Positions 21,417 through 33,199 of a stretch of 64,000 nucleotides of DNA are shown here, piece after piece. The notes beneath the pieces were generated by a model. It worked only from the letters and a program-made list of their open reading frames with translations. It was not told the origin of the DNA and did no database searches. Position 1 is the first letter of the stretch; each line of letters opens with the position of its first letter. The stretch is from an uncultured bacterium (lineage in GTDB: Bacteria > Margulisbacteria > WOR-1 > CAVSGV01). The stretch spans positions 32,001-96,000 of the forward strand of contig CAVYHE010000004.1 in the NCBI GenBank assembly GCA_963768305.1, in the 5' to 3' direction. The position numbers and the translations under genes are program-made.

Positions 21417-21578
21417 TTATTTTTTCTTCTTCAGAAGATTGAACTTTTTTACGATATTCCAAAGATACTTCGTCATCTTTGTCACCGGGATCGGCTTTTT
21501 GCCGAACACTTTTTCCAGGGTCTCTTTCCTGCCCTTGAACGATACTACCAGGCTTGTCAGTCCGCTTTTCCTTGCCAT
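21417..21578 (-). CDS. Small basic 53-aa protein, SWIB/MDM2-like (missed by ORF track)
   Basis: MARKSGLTSLVVSFKGRKETLEKVFGKKPIPVTKMTKYLWNIVKKFNLLKKKK; AGGAGGTG RBS and upstream TTGACA. Confidence 0.7.
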   Translation of the reverse strand: MARKSGLTSLVVSFKGRKETLEKVFGKKPIPVTKMTKYLWNIVKKFNLLKKKK

Positions 21579-21651
21579 AAAAATGTCACCTCCTGATCGA
21601 TTTCGAGACTGGACAAGTTAACAATATCAGGGGGGCAATGTCAAGGCGAAT

Positions 21652-23815
21652 TCAGCGATCGGTACGGGTTCTGGGAGCTACCGGCAGCTCCACGGTGAAC
21701 GTGGTTCCTTCCCCGACTTTGGATTTAACCTTGATCTCGCCTTTATGCTCCTCGATTATTCGGTGGGTGATGGCGAGGCCGAGGCCGGTTCCTTTGTCCT
21801 TTGGTGGTGAAGAACGGGGAGAAAAGCTTTTTCATGTTTTCTTCGGTTATCCCGTGTCCTTCGTCTTTCACGTCGATGCAGACCCTGTTCTTGGGAATGC
21901 GTCGTGGTAGGTCTTTATCGGTCAATGTCCCGCCGTTCTCCATGGATTCCGCGCCGTTCTTTATGAGGTTCAGGAATATCTGCATCATTTTCTGCTGGTT
22001 CACGGAGACCATTGGGAATGGCTGCCGAAATCCCTCACGACTTTCACGTTAAGCTTCTTGAACGATATTTCGGAAAGGCGGATGGCTTTTTCCAGGATAT
22101 CGTTGATCTGGGCGGGTTCGGATTCCAGTGTTCGCGGGCTTGGCGAAGGAGGTGAGGTCGTTCACTATCTTGTTAAGGCGGTCCACTTCCGACGGCACCA
22201 TCTGGTTGAATTTCTGCCTGAATTCAGGGTCGTCGAACCTTTCCTGCATCATCTGGACGTAGAGCTGGATGGAGGTGAGCGGGTTCTTTATTTCGTGGGC
22301 TATGCCGGCGGCCATGGTGCCGATGACGGCAAGCTTGTCGGACTGTATCAGCTGGTCCCTGGTATTCTTCAGTTCCTGGAATTGTTTCATCAGGTCGCTG
22401 TACATGATGGCGTTCTCCACGGCGACCGCGGCCTGATTGGAAAGGGTGGTGAGGAGCTGGATATCTTCGCTGCTGTACATGTCGCCGGATTTTTTCTCGC
22501 CGAGGCAGAAGACGGCGACAAGCTTGTTCCCCATGTATTTGCCCCTGGTTATGCAGGGGATGCAGACCTGGGCATGAAGCCTCTCCATTTCTTTCTTGAT
22601 GGCGGTAAATCTTTTTCTGTCGTCCGCAAGGGTGAGTTTGTTGTTCAACGCGTTAACGATCTCTTCTTTTGTAAGCAGGGCTTTGGAGTGGAAGAGGTGT
22701 TTAAAGAGCTCATGGCTGTCGGAGAATGTCAGTCAAGAAGGTTTCTGCTTTTCGATTCGGCGGCTTTCACGATATATCTATGGCTTGGTTCGTCAAGGAC
22801 AAGAGTTGATCCTTCAACAAGATCCATTTTCCTGCAAACGATCCTTGTTGTAAGCTTTACAAGGCGGTCGATATCGGTAAGGAGGTTCATCACTTCGCTT
22901 GAAAGCTTGAGGGTTTTCTGATAGTCGTATTTTTTCTTGAAGAAATATTCGTTAGTTACTTCTGTGACGAAAGTTTCGAGAGGTTTATAGCCAATAGCGA
23001 TAACAAAAGCAGTAACAACAGTAGCAAAAAATTGATTAACGCCAAGAGCAGATTGAAAAATATATTGTCCGACAAGGAGCAATAGGGAATATTCAGCAAC
23101 TATCGCAACCATGAGAACTGAATAAAGGATACCTTTTTTGATGATAATTTCGATGTCCATGAGAGCGATGGCGAAGAATAGCGTAAGTAATTATCAAAGG
23201 ATATATGGAAACCGTCCACATGCCATATGGAAAAATGGGAATGTTAAATGTTGGGAAAAAGGTTGTGAGCCCACCGGAAAAACCGAAAATTGCCGATGAT
23301 AAAACATATATTATTTGATTCCTTTTTAAACCAGTGCTGGATAGAATGACTTTAAATAAAATGAAATGGGCATAAGCAAGAATACAGAACACATAAAAAA
23401 CAAAAATGAAGTAAGTTGTTTTGGGGAAAGAGTAAAAAGCAAATGGGGCTTTAGGGGCAACGCCGACTAAAACATTCAAAAACAGTAAAACAAAAAGAAC
23501 GCCTGCTAAAAAAGATGAGATTATTATTGCGAATTTATACTGGGATTGTTTGTTGGTAATCATCACAGAAAACACTAAAAACATTGTTGGGACGAGAATT
23601 GCGCCAATATAATGAAGGTATAACCATATAGAAGCAGTGTTAATATTTGAACTTAACACCAATGAACCAAGCCCATAACTCCACAGTGCTGTACTTAAAT
23701 TTAATAAGAGCCACGACTCATAAAGGGGGTTTGAGAATCCTCTGGAAAAAACAAAAAGGCCAATTAATATATTTGTGAGAGCTGTTGCATAACAGGCTAA
23801 GCTCAGAGAGTTCAC
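21652..23815 (-). CDS. Membrane sensor histidine kinase 1 (HisKA_7TM-like, GAF, HisKA, HATPase); several indels
   Basis: 7TM N-terminus ending [33 protein letters not shown]-box [38 protein letters not shown]. Confidence 0.85.
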
Positions 23816-24972
23816 TTGTTCTTCCTTAAATCTTTATGAGCTTGCACAAATGACCCGTTTATAATAGAAGCAGATATTGCTAATTCACCTGCAAGTATTG
23901 TGCCTCCAATGATTTCTGCCAGTTTTAATGATTTATTTGAACCATAGCATCCCATAATTTCTAAGCATTCTCTTTGAGTAGGCAGATTTGTTCCTCCCCC
24001 AACTGTACCGATGAGAAGGTTGGGCAGATAAACACTTCCATAAAGATCCCCTGACTTTAAAATCTCACATTGGCTAATACCTGCACAAGAATGGATGATA
24101 TGTGCAATATCTTGCCCGGTTGCAGTAAAAATCGCAGAAATTCCATTAGCGATTTGACCATTCATCCCAACCATTCCTGCATGCAAGCCGGATAACATAG
24201 TTGTATGATACCATTCCTGAAGATCTTCAGGGGTGACATTTAACAATCTTAGACATTCTTTTGGAATGACCGCTTCAGCAAAGACCTCTTTACCATACCC
24301 TTTTATAAATCCTAATGCAGACATTTTTTTATCTGATGAATATCCTGATCTGATTAAATGTCTAATGCCTGTTTCATTTGAAATGTATTTGCAGGCATTT
24401 TCAGTCATTATATTGATCATGTTCATCCCCATAGCATCACCAGTTTTATAACAGAACCTAGAAAAGACCTTTCGTCCCACGATTTTATTTTCAATCTTTA
24501 ACAATTGCCCATGTTTTGTAACAGCCTCGGCTTCTTTTTTTATGTTAACGAAATGGCCCTCAAGCCATTTAATAAAATCTTTGCATGCTTTTAAGGACTC
24601 AAGAAAAAACACCGGGGATATGTGAATTGAATCATTGAGGACTGAAACATTAACCCCCCCACATTTATTCAACACGCGCATTCCTATATGATAAGAAGTG
24701 ACTAATACCCCCTCTGTGGTGGCGAGAGGAACCGAAAATAGTCCTTTTGCATATTCACCATTAATTTGAATAGGTCCACATAATCCAATTGGGATTCGAG
24801 TCTCGCCAATTAAATTTTCAATGTTATTTTTGAAAATATCTGGATTATCAGTAAATTGAGAAATCTGTTTTAAGGAAATCCCATTTCTAGCTTCTAACCA
24901 TTTGATTCTCTCATCTATGGCTTCACGCGAATAATCATTAATTTTATTTTTCGGTGGCAATTCTTGCTTCAT
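23812..24972 (-). CDS. Class I HMG-CoA reductase-like oxidoreductase (divergent)
   Basis: ENLIG, PLATTEG, GDAMGMNM, SDKK, ATGQD, GTVGGGT, AGEL and C-terminal His. Confidence 0.9.
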   Translation of the reverse strand: MKQELPPKNKINDYSREAIDERIKWLEARNGISLKQISQFTDNPDIFKNNIENLIGETRIPIGLCGPIQINGEYAKGLFSVPLATTEGVLVTSYHIGMRVLNKCGGVNVSVLNDSIHISPVFFLESLKACKDFIKWLEGHFVNIKKEAEAVTKHGQLLKIENKIVGRKVFSRFCYKTGDAMGMNMINIMTENACKYISNETGIRHLIRSGYSSDKKMSALGFIKGYGKEVFAEAVIPKECLRLLNVTPEDLQEWYHTTMLSGLHAGMVGMNGQIANGISAIFTATGQDIAHIIHSCAGISQCEILKSGDLYGSVYLPNLLIGTVGGGTNLPTQRECLEIMGCYGSNKSLKLAEIIGGTILAGELAISASIINGSFVQAHKDLRKNK

Positions 24973-25122
24973 TATTTGGCTCCTTATTTCTTTTTTTATT
25001 ATCCCATACCCTCATTTTCTCGTCAACGTCTCTTACACTATTATATAAATTTCAAATTTTTCGCCTCTAATTTGTCAGCGCACGCACTTAATGCTAAAAT
25101 TACAAGCGAAGAGGCCAAAAAA

Positions 25123-27221
25123 ATGCTAATTAATGCAATTTCGACACTGCTCACCAATTTTACTTTTTCTTTACCCTTCAATTTTTATCTATACACGATC
25201 TTATCAATAGCAATATTAAGCTTATTTCTCGCATTCTTTGTTTACGCAAAGAATAGATCAAATGTCGGCAAATGGTTCAGTGTTTTCGCGCTTTTGGTCG
25301 CCTTTTGGGCGTTTTTCTATTTTCTGTCTGCATGGATTAACGATTACGCCTCCGACAGGTTTTTATTGAGAACTGGCATGATATGCCGGAGCACTTATTT
25401 TGCCTGCATTCACGGAATTTGTTCATGCCTTTGTCGGGAAGAAAACTCATCCTTTAATCAGATATGGCAACATATTTTTAGCTATTTATTATAATTGCTC
25501 CAATTTATACAAAACTCTTTGTAATTGACGGCTGGGCCTTATCTTGGGTTTTCATTATAGCCCGACTAGCTGGTCCTATAGCCAAATTAGAAATGGCCCA
25601 GTATTTTTTAAATGTTTTTATTGCTGAAATCGTGCTTTTCAGATCGTTCAAAAAAGATAATTCTCATTTTAACAATCAGATTAAATATCTTATGTTTGCC
25701 ACAATTCTGGGGTTTTTTGGAGCCGCGACCAACTTTTTAATTTGGCTTTCAATTCCTTTCCCGCCTATATTTAACGTATTAATACCTATTTATATTTTCA
25801 TTGTTGCTTACGCGATCGTTAAGCATCGCCTGATGGATATCGAAGTCGTTTTACGCAAAGGCTTACTCTATTCATTAATGGCCGGTCTTTTATCAGCCTT
25901 TTATCTTTCCGCCGTTTTCCTTTTCGGCAATTACCTTGGCAGCCGGAAGAGCGCCGCTTCGATAGTGTTCACGATATTTTCCATCGTATTCTTCTCCATC
26001 ATCTTCCAGCCCCTGCGCGACAGGATACAGGCGCTCATAGACAGGGTTTTCTTCCGCCTCAAATACGATTACCAGAAAACATTGAAGGAACTGAGCAAAA
26101 CGGCGCGGTCGGCGGAAAAAATAGACACGCTTCTTGATAAGGTCGTTCCGTCGCTTGCCGACACATTCAAGCTCTCCCACGCCTGCGTCTATACATTTGA
26201 CAAGCGGTCGGCGCGGTTCCTTCCCAGAAAAACAGTAAAACTCGCATTCGACCCTCCGCCTCTTTCAAACGACGACGCGATCATCCGCCTTTTGACCGCG
26301 AGAAAAGAGCCCGTTTTCGCGGATGATATCCCGGCCGCCGGCAGAACGATCGGCGCCGCCGTATTCCTGCCGATCTTGTTCAAGGATAACCTTGTCGGGT
26401 TCCTCTGCCTCGGGAAAAAACTGTCCGAAGAGCCGTTCAGTAACGAGGACATCGACCTTTTATCCACTCTCTGCAATCAGATAGGGACTTCCATCCAGTA
26501 CGCTGCGCTCTACGAGGACGCCATGGAAACACAGAATCAACTTTATCAGGCGGATAAGCTGGCGACCGTGGGCGCGCTTGCCGCCAGCCTCGCCCACGAA
26601 ATAAGGAATCCCATCGCGGCAATTAAAGGATTCACTTCGGTCATCGATAAAGCCGTCGCCAGCAATGATGTTGAAGCGATAAAGGATTTCAAGGATGTCG
26701 TTCCCAGACAGCTTGACCGCATTAACACGATAGTCGAAAAACTTCTCACCCTCAGCAAGCCGACCCAGCTTGAAAAAAAAGAAGTTGATATCAATGATCT
26801 GCTCTCGGATATCGTAAAGCTCGTGGACAAACAGGCCGCGAACAACAGGGTCAGGATAATAACAGATGACCTGAAAGCTTCATCAAAAATAAACGGCGAC
26901 CTTGGCCAGCTGACGCAGGCATTTTTGAATTTGATACTCAACGGTATCCAGGCCATGCCGGACGGCGGGACGCTTGATATCCGGTCTTCGGATGAAAAGT
27001 ACGGCACAGTAGCAGTTGAAATTAAAGACAGCGGCGTCGGCATTCCGAAAGAGAAACTGGCCAGCATATTTGATCCGTTCTTCACGACAAAGGATAAGGG
27101 GACCGGCCTCGGACTCTCTGTGACGAAAAAGATCATTGAAGACCATCACGGAAAGATCGAGGTAATATCTGATGTCGGGAAGGGGACGGCTTTTATAGTT
27201 AAGTTGCCGGTCGCCGGCTGA
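25123..27221 (+). CDS. Membrane sensor histidine kinase 2 (HisKA_7TM-like, GAF, HisKA, HATPase); indels between about 25380 and 25590
   Basis: Hydrophobic N-terminus, YAIVKHRLMDIE, LGKKLSEEPFSNEDIDLL, LAHEIRNPI, NLILNG, DSGVGI, GTGLGL. Confidence 0.88.
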
Positions 27222-27235
27222 TATATCTTTTTAGC

Positions 27236-27862
27236 TCACTCTTTTTGTTCAAGAAACTTAAGCATCACCGGATTATAACGATAATACGGATCTATTCCGC
27301 GTATTTTTCCCGCGTGGCTTCCTCCCGTTGAAACCGCGGCCAGCGCTTCTTTGACAGTGTAGCCTTTGAAATCGATCAAATATTTCGCGATGATCAGCCC
27401 CGTTCTGTCCACTCCCCATAAGCAATGAATATAGACCGGCTTCGAAAAAGCCGAGCTCATTTTCTTCCAGTTATCCTCTGTCGGCGCCTTCAGCCAGGTC
27501 ATGGGGATATGGACCCTTTTCAGTCCGGCCTTATTAAGAAGCCGGGCATATCGATCTTCAGTCTTTCGATCGTTCTGGAGGTCGATAACAGTCACAACAC
27601 CTTCGCTTTTAAGATATTTGAGTATCTTCAGCACCTGTGCGTCAGTATTATTTAATTTGTTCGCCGGACCCATAGGATGCCCGCCGGCGAATATTTTGCC
27701 GTCTATCACTCTGAAATTGTAGGGCAGGGGACCGAGGCCCTGGACTTCCTTCAGGGGATAGCTGACGCATGTTGACGGCTGATGGGCAAAAGATTGAGCG
27801 GAAGAAATGAAAAGAACTGCCGCGAGGACCGCAAATATTATCGCGAGCTTTTTAATTCTCAT
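27236..27862 (-). CDS. Exported cysteine-based (PTP/DSP family) phosphatase
   Basis: Signal peptide MRIKKLAIIFAVLAAVLFISSAQSFA; catalytic HCLWGVDRTG (CX5R). Confidence 0.85.
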   Translation of the reverse strand: MRIKKLAIIFAVLAAVLFISSAQSFAHQPSTCVSYPLKEVQGLGPLPYNFRVIDGKIFAGGHPMGPANKLNNTDAQVLKILKYLKSEGVVTVIDLQNDRKTEDRYARLLNKAGLKRVHIPMTWLKAPTEDNWKKMSSAFSKPVYIHCLWGVDRTGLIIAKYLIDFKGYTVKEALAAVSTGGSHAGKIRGIDPYYRYNPVMLKFLEQKE

Positions 27863-27970
27863 GATTTAATTATAGCATCTTCTCCCTTGCCGATTGTATT
27901 TATTTATGCTAAAATAGCTACCTTCGTCTCGATAATTTCCCGAAAATAAGTTAAAGGAAGTATTATTGTA

Positions 27971-29321
27971 ATGTTTAAAAAGATACTGATAGCAAACAGG
28001 GGCGAGATCGCGGTGCGCGTCATAAGAGCGTGCAAGGAGATGGGCATTAAGACCGTCGCCGTCTACTCCGATGCGGACAAGGATTCTCTCCACGTGAAGA
28101 TCGCCGATGAGGCCTACTGCATCGGCCCTGCAATACCCAGCCAGAGCTATCTCAATATTCCCAGCATAATCTCCGTTGCAGAAGTCGCGGGCGCGGAAGC
28201 CATTCACCCCGGCTACGGATTCCTGGCCGAGAACGAAAAATTCGCCAATATCTGCGCGCAGTCCAAGATCAAGTTCATCGGGCCGTCCCCTGAAGCCATG
28301 AAATCCATGGGCGATAAATCCATCGCGAGAAAGACCGTATCCAAGGTCGGGGTTCCTGTTGTTCCCGGCTCCGACGGCGTCATAACCGACGAAGCCGAAG
28401 CTTTAAGGTTAGCCGTGAAAATAGGATACCCTGTCATAATAAAGGCATCAGCCGGCGGCGGCGGCAGAGGGATGAGGGTCGCAAATGATGAAACCGAGCT
28501 GGAGTCTCATATCAAAACTGCCAGGGCCGAAGCCGAAGCTGCATTCGGAAATCCTGCCGTTTACATTGAAAAATATGTATTAGAGCCCCGCCACATAGAA
28601 TTCCAGATACTTGCCGATGAAAAAGGGAATGTCATCCATCTTGGGAGAAAGAGATTGTTCCATCCAGAGAAGGCACCAGAAATTGCTGGAAGAATCTCCG
28701 TCCACTGCGCTTGACGACAAACTCAGGAGAAAAATGGGCGACGCCGCCATCAGGGTGGCCAGGTCCGCCAAATACGTGAACGCGGGGACCATCGAATTCC
28801 TCCTTGATAAGCACGGCCATTTTTATTTCATGGAAATGAACACGCGCATCCAGGTGGAGCATCCGGTGACCGAAATGGTGACCAGCGTGGACATCATAAA
28901 GGAACAGATCATCATCGCGACCGGCGAGAGAATGACATACAAGCAGTCCGATATTGTTTCGCGCGGCCACGCCATCGAAGCCAGGATAAACGCCGAAGAC
29001 CACGAAAGGGATTTCATGCCGTGCCCGGGCGAAATAACCGTTTATCTTGCTCCCGGCGGACCCGGAATAAGGGTGGACAGCCACGCTTATCCGGGATACA
29101 AGGTCCTTCCGCATTATGATTCATTAATAGCCAAGCTGATCGCGTGGGCGCCGACAAGGGAAGAAGCGATAAACCGACTGGACAGGGCGCTGGACGAATA
29201 CGCGATAGGCCCGATCCCGACCACGATCCCGTTCCATCATAAAGTGCTCAAGATAAAGGAATTCAGGGAAGGCAAAGTTTATACCGACTTCATAGCCAAG
29301 CATTTCGTCGGACATGGGTAA
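27971..29321 (+). CDS. accC: Acetyl-CoA carboxylase biotin carboxylase; indel near 28645
   Basis: [50 protein letters not shown]. Confidence 0.95.
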
Positions 29322-29709
29322 AAGATCCACCGCCCGCCGCCTCGCGATGCAGGCAATTTATCAATCGGAGGTCTCCGGCATTTCTGCCGATAAAGCCCTT
29401 GAAAATCTTTTCTCGGAAGAAAAACTCGCTGATGATACGAAAAAATTCGCCGGCCGGCTTGCGAACGGCGCTATCGGCAATAAGTCCGCTATCGACGCAA
29501 AGATCGCCGGCTCCGCAAAGAACTGGACAGTGGACAGGATAAACGCGATAAACATGAGCATCCTCCGCCTTGCTTTCTACGAGCTGATGTTCGAAAAGGA
29601 CACTCCGGCGGCTGTCGTTATCAACGAGGCGCTGGAGCTGGCGAAACGCTATTCGGATCCCGAATCCGCCAAATTCATAAATGGAATCCTCGGCTCCGCC
29701 GTGTTATAA
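29314..29709 (+). CDS. nusB: Transcription antitermination factor NusB
   Basis: RSTARRLAMQAIY, ILRLAFYE, INEALELAKRY, FINGIL. Confidence 0.95.
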   Translation: MGKRSTARRLAMQAIYQSEVSGISADKALENLFSEEKLADDTKKFAGRLANGAIGNKSAIDAKIAGSAKNWTVDRINAINMSILRLAFYELMFEKDTPAAVVINEALELAKRYSDPESAKFINGILGSAVL

Positions 29710-29719
29710 TTCATTTTCT

Positions 29720-30382
29720 ATGTTCACCGGAATTATCGAAGAACAGGGCAAGGTTGAATCCCTCATAAGATTCCGCGACAGGGCGGTCATCACCATCAGC
29801 GCGAAATTCACGCCTGACGTAAATGTTTCCGACAGCATAAGCGTGAACGGCGCGTGCCTTACGGTCTCTGAAATATCAAAAGGCAGCTTCAAAGCGGATA
29901 TAATAAAGGAAACCTTCACGAAAACCTCGCTTACGTATCTTAAATACGGCGAATACGTCAATCTTGAAAGGGCTATGCCTGCCGACGGAAGGTTCAACGG
30001 CCATATCGTCCAGGGCCATGTTGACTGCAGATCAAAAGTCATCAATATAATAAGCGGGGACTCAGAAAGAGAGATAGAGGTCGCGTTCCCTGATGAATAC
30101 AGCAAATTTATCGCTGAAAAAGGTTCTATTGCTGTCGACGGAGTAAGCCTGACGGTTTCCAGGCTTTCCGGCCGGTCGTTCAGGGTCGCGATAATCCCGC
30201 ATACCGCTCAGAACACGAACCTCTTCAATAAGAAGATAGGCGACTTCGTCAATCTTGAGTTCGACGTCCTCGCGAAATATCTTGATAATATCGCCAGGAC
30301 AAAGCCGTTCAACACGTTGATCGATCTGAAGGATGCGAAGATCGACGAGGATTTCCTCAAAAGGGCGGGATTCCTCAATTGA
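29720..30382 (+). CDS. ribE: Riboflavin synthase (alpha chain)
   Basis: MFTGIIEE start, [26 protein letters not shown]. Confidence 0.95.
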   Translation: MFTGIIEEQGKVESLIRFRDRAVITISAKFTPDVNVSDSISVNGACLTVSEISKGSFKADIIKETFTKTSLTYLKYGEYVNLERAMPADGRFNGHIVQGHVDCRSKVINIISGDSEREIEVAFPDEYSKFIAEKGSIAVDGVSLTVSRLSGRSFRVAIIPHTAQNTNLFNKKIGDFVNLEFDVLAKYLDNIARTKPFNTLIDLKDAKIDEDFLKRAGFLN

Positions 30383-31587
30383 AATTCAACACGATCGATG
30401 AGGCGGTAAAAGATATCGCCAACGGGAAGATGGTCATCGTCCTTGACGACGAGGACCGCGAGAACGAAGGCGACCTAGTCATGGCCGCGGAAAAAGTGAC
30501 CCCGGCCGCCGTCAACTTCATGATAACCCACGCCAAGGGCCTCGTCTGCGTCCCAATGACCGAAGAACAACTGGTAAAACTTGATCTTAAACCAATGGTC
30601 TTTGACAACACCGAAGTGATGAAGACCGCTTTCACGGTTTCTGTGGACGCCGCGAAAAAGCACGGCGTTACCACCGGCATCTCGCCGTCAGACAGAGCGA
30701 AAACCATCGAGATACTAATTGCTCCGTCGTCAAGGCCGGCTGATCTCGCGAGGCCCGGCCATGTGTTCCCGCTTAAAGCTCTTCCCGGAGGGACTTTGCG
30801 AAGGGCAGGGCACACGGAAGCGGCAGTTGACCTTGCAAAATTTGCGGGGCTTTTTCCGGCGGGAGTGATATGTGAAATAATAAAGGCTGACGGCAAAATG
30901 GCCAGGACGCCGGACCTCGTCAAATTCGCGAAGGGCCATAAGATAAAGATCATCACTATAGCCGATCTCATCAAGTACAGGATGAAAAAAGAAAAATTGA
31001 TCGTCAAGATAGCAACGACAAAAATGCCCACAAAATTCGGCGACTTCACCCTTCAGGCTTACCAGGACACTCTGGAAGGCTATTATCATATCGCGCTTAT
31101 CAAAGGCATGATCAAGGGCAAAAAGAACGTACTTGTCAGGGTCCATTCCGAATGCCTTACCGGCGATATTTTCGGATCTCTGAGATGCGACTGCGGCGAA
31201 CAGCTTTCAAGGTCGCTGGAAATGATCGGCGCGTCGGACAGCGGCCTCCTTCTTTACATGAGGCAGGAGGGCAGGGGCATCGGTTTGCTCGGGAAGTTGA
31301 AAGCGTATGAATTGCAGGATAAAGGGAGGGACACGGTGCAGGCGAATTTCGATCTCGGATTTAAGGACGATCTGCGGGATTACGGCATCGGCGCGCAGAT
31401 ACTGGCCGACCTCGGCCTTACATCCATCAAGCTCATCACGAACAATCCAAGGAAGATCGTGGGGCTTGAAGGCTATGGATTGACCGTATCAGAAAGAATT
31501 CCACTTGAAATTATTCCAAATAAGCATAATATTAAGTACCTCAGGACCAAATCAAGGAAGCTTGGGCATATTCTTTCGTTAAGATAA
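30379..31587 (+). CDS. ribBA: Bifunctional DHBP synthase / GTP cyclohydrolase II
   Basis: [43 protein letters not shown]. Confidence 0.97.
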   Translation: MKFNTIDEAVKDIANGKMVIVLDDEDRENEGDLVMAAEKVTPAAVNFMITHAKGLVCVPMTEEQLVKLDLKPMVFDNTEVMKTAFTVSVDAAKKHGVTTGISPSDRAKTIEILIAPSSRPADLARPGHVFPLKALPGGTLRRAGHTEAAVDLAKFAGLFPAGVICEIIKADGKMARTPDLVKFAKGHKIKIITIADLIKYRMKKEKLIVKIATTKMPTKFGDFTLQAYQDTLEGYYHIALIKGMIKGKKNVLVRVHSECLTGDIFGSLRCDCGEQLSRSLEMIGASDSGLLLYMRQEGRGIGLLGKLKAYELQDKGRDTVQANFDLGFKDDLRDYGIGAQILADLGLTSIKLITNNPRKIVGLEGYGLTVSERIPLEIIPNKHNIKYLRTKSRKLGHILSLR

Positions 31588-31615
31588 AGAGAAAATTCAT
31601 AAGGAGGGAAGGTTT

Positions 31616-32077
31616 ATGGGGAAAACGGTTGAAGGGAAACTGGACGCCACAGGTTTAAAGTTCGGGATAATAGTAAGCAGGTTCAATGATCTTGTTTCAA
31701 AAGGCCTTCTGGACGGAGCTCTGGACTGCCTTAAAAGGCACGGAGCGGACGAGACAACAATAGATGTCGTCTGGGCGCCGGGCGCTTTTGAGATACCTCT
31801 TGTCGCGAAAAAAATGGCGGCAAAAAAATATAACGCATTGATATGTCTGGGTGCGGTTATAAGGGGCGGCACGCCTCATTTTGATTACGTCGCGTCGGAA
31901 GCCGCGAAAGGCGTTGCGAAGGTCTCTCTGGATTCAGGCGTTCCGGTGATTTTCGGCATACTTACCACTGACAATCTGGAACAGGCGCTGGAAAGAGCGG
32001 GCGCGAAGCCTGGCAACAAAGGTTTTGCCGCGGCGCTCTCGGCGATAGAGCTCGCGAATGTTCTGGGACAGGTTTAG
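31616..32077 (+). CDS. ribH: 6,7-dimethyl-8-ribityllumazine synthase
   Basis: [26 protein letters not shown]. Confidence 0.97.
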   Translation: MGKTVEGKLDATGLKFGIIVSRFNDLVSKGLLDGALDCLKRHGADETTIDVVWAPGAFEIPLVAKKMAAKKYNALICLGAVIRGGTPHFDYVASEAAKGVAKVSLDSGVPVIFGILTTDNLEQALERAGAKPGNKGFAAALSAIELANVLGQV

Positions 32078-32092
32078 AAGGGGAATTTTCAT

Positions 32093-33199
32093 TTGGCAAG
32101 AGTTCTGATCCAGAACGTCACGAAAAAGTTCGATGACGTTTCTGCCGTAAAAAATGTCAGCCTCGAAATAAAGGACAAGGAATTCCTGGTGCTGGTCGGG
32201 CCGTCCGGGTGCGGAAAGACCACATTGCTGCGGACCATTGCGGGGCTTGAGGAAGTGACCGAGGGAAAAATATTCATCGGCGACCGCCAGGTGAACGACA
32301 TGCCGCCCAAGGACCGCAACATCGCGATGGTCTTTCAGAATTACGCCTTATATCCCCACATGAACGTGTATGACAACATGGCATTCGGATTGAAACTTCG
32401 CGGAACAAAAAAGGCGGAGATAGCCGAGCGCGTGGGTTCTACCGCAGATATTTTGGGATTGAAAGATTATCTTACTAGGCTGCCCAAGCAGCTCTCCGGC
32501 GGCCAGCGCCAGCGCGTCGCTCTCGGCAGGGCGATAGTAAGGCAACCGGCGGTGTTCCTTATGGACGAGCCGCTCTCGAACCTGGACGCGAAACTGAGGG
32601 TCCAGATGAGAGCGGAGCTAAAAAAGATCCACTCGCGACTGCAGACGACGGTGGTCTATGTCACCCACGATCAGGTGGAAGCAATGACACTGGGAGAGCG
32701 CATCGCAGTGGTGCTGAACGGAGAAGTCCAGCAGGTGGATGCGCCGCTTGTGGTATATGAAAAACCGGTGAACAGGTTCGTCGCGGGATTCATAGGCAGC
32801 CCGCCGATGAATTTCATCAAAGGAACTCTGGCCAGAAAGGATAATGCGCTGAAATTCGTCGGCGACCATTTTGAGCTGAAAATATGGCCGGTGGTCAAGG
32901 ACCGCCTGGAACGATATGCCGGCAAAGAAGTGATGATGGGGATCAGGCCGTCCGATGTTTACGATGAGGCGCAGGCAAAATGGATGCAGGAGCACGAGAG
33001 GGACACTATTAACGCAAAAGTGGACTTCCGCGAGCTTATGGGAGACGAAATATACCTCTATTTGAAGATCGGCAATACTCCGCTGACGGCAAAAGTGGGT
33101 TCCTATGTTTCTTCCGATCATGGAGCGAACATAAAAGTCGTGATAGATCTCAGAAAAGTTCATTTCTTCGATTCAGAAACGCAAAAAGCCATTGTCTAA
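32093..33199 (+). CDS. Sugar ABC transporter ATP-binding protein (MalK/UgpC/MsmX family)
   Basis: [42 protein letters not shown]. Confidence 0.94.
   Translation: MARVLIQNVTKKFDDVSAVKNVSLEIKDKEFLVLVGPSGCGKTTLLRTIAGLEEVTEGKIFIGDRQVNDMPPKDRNIAMVFQNYALYPHMNVYDNMAFGLKLRGTKKAEIAERVGSTADILGLKDYLTRLPKQLSGGQRQRVALGRAIVRQPAVFLMDEPLSNLDAKLRVQMRAELKKIHSRLQTTVVYVTHDQVEAMTLGERIAVVLNGEVQQVDAPLVVYEKPVNRFVAGFIGSPPMNFIKGTLARKDNALKFVGDHFELKIWPVVKDRLERYAGKEVMMGIRPSDVYDEAQAKWMQEHERDTINAKVDFRELMGDEIYLYLKIGNTPLTAKVGSYVSSDHGANIKVVIDLRKVHFFDSETQKAIV

Noticed and set aside
22058..22921. Long antisense ORFs (22058-22921 +, 50433-51872 -, 15909-16622 + and similar)
   Set aside because: They are shadows of well-supported genes on the opposite strand and show no motifs.
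29700..29720. FMN riboswitch upstream of the rib genes
   Set aside because: Only 10 nt separate nusB and ribE; there is a -10 box but no room for an aptamer.
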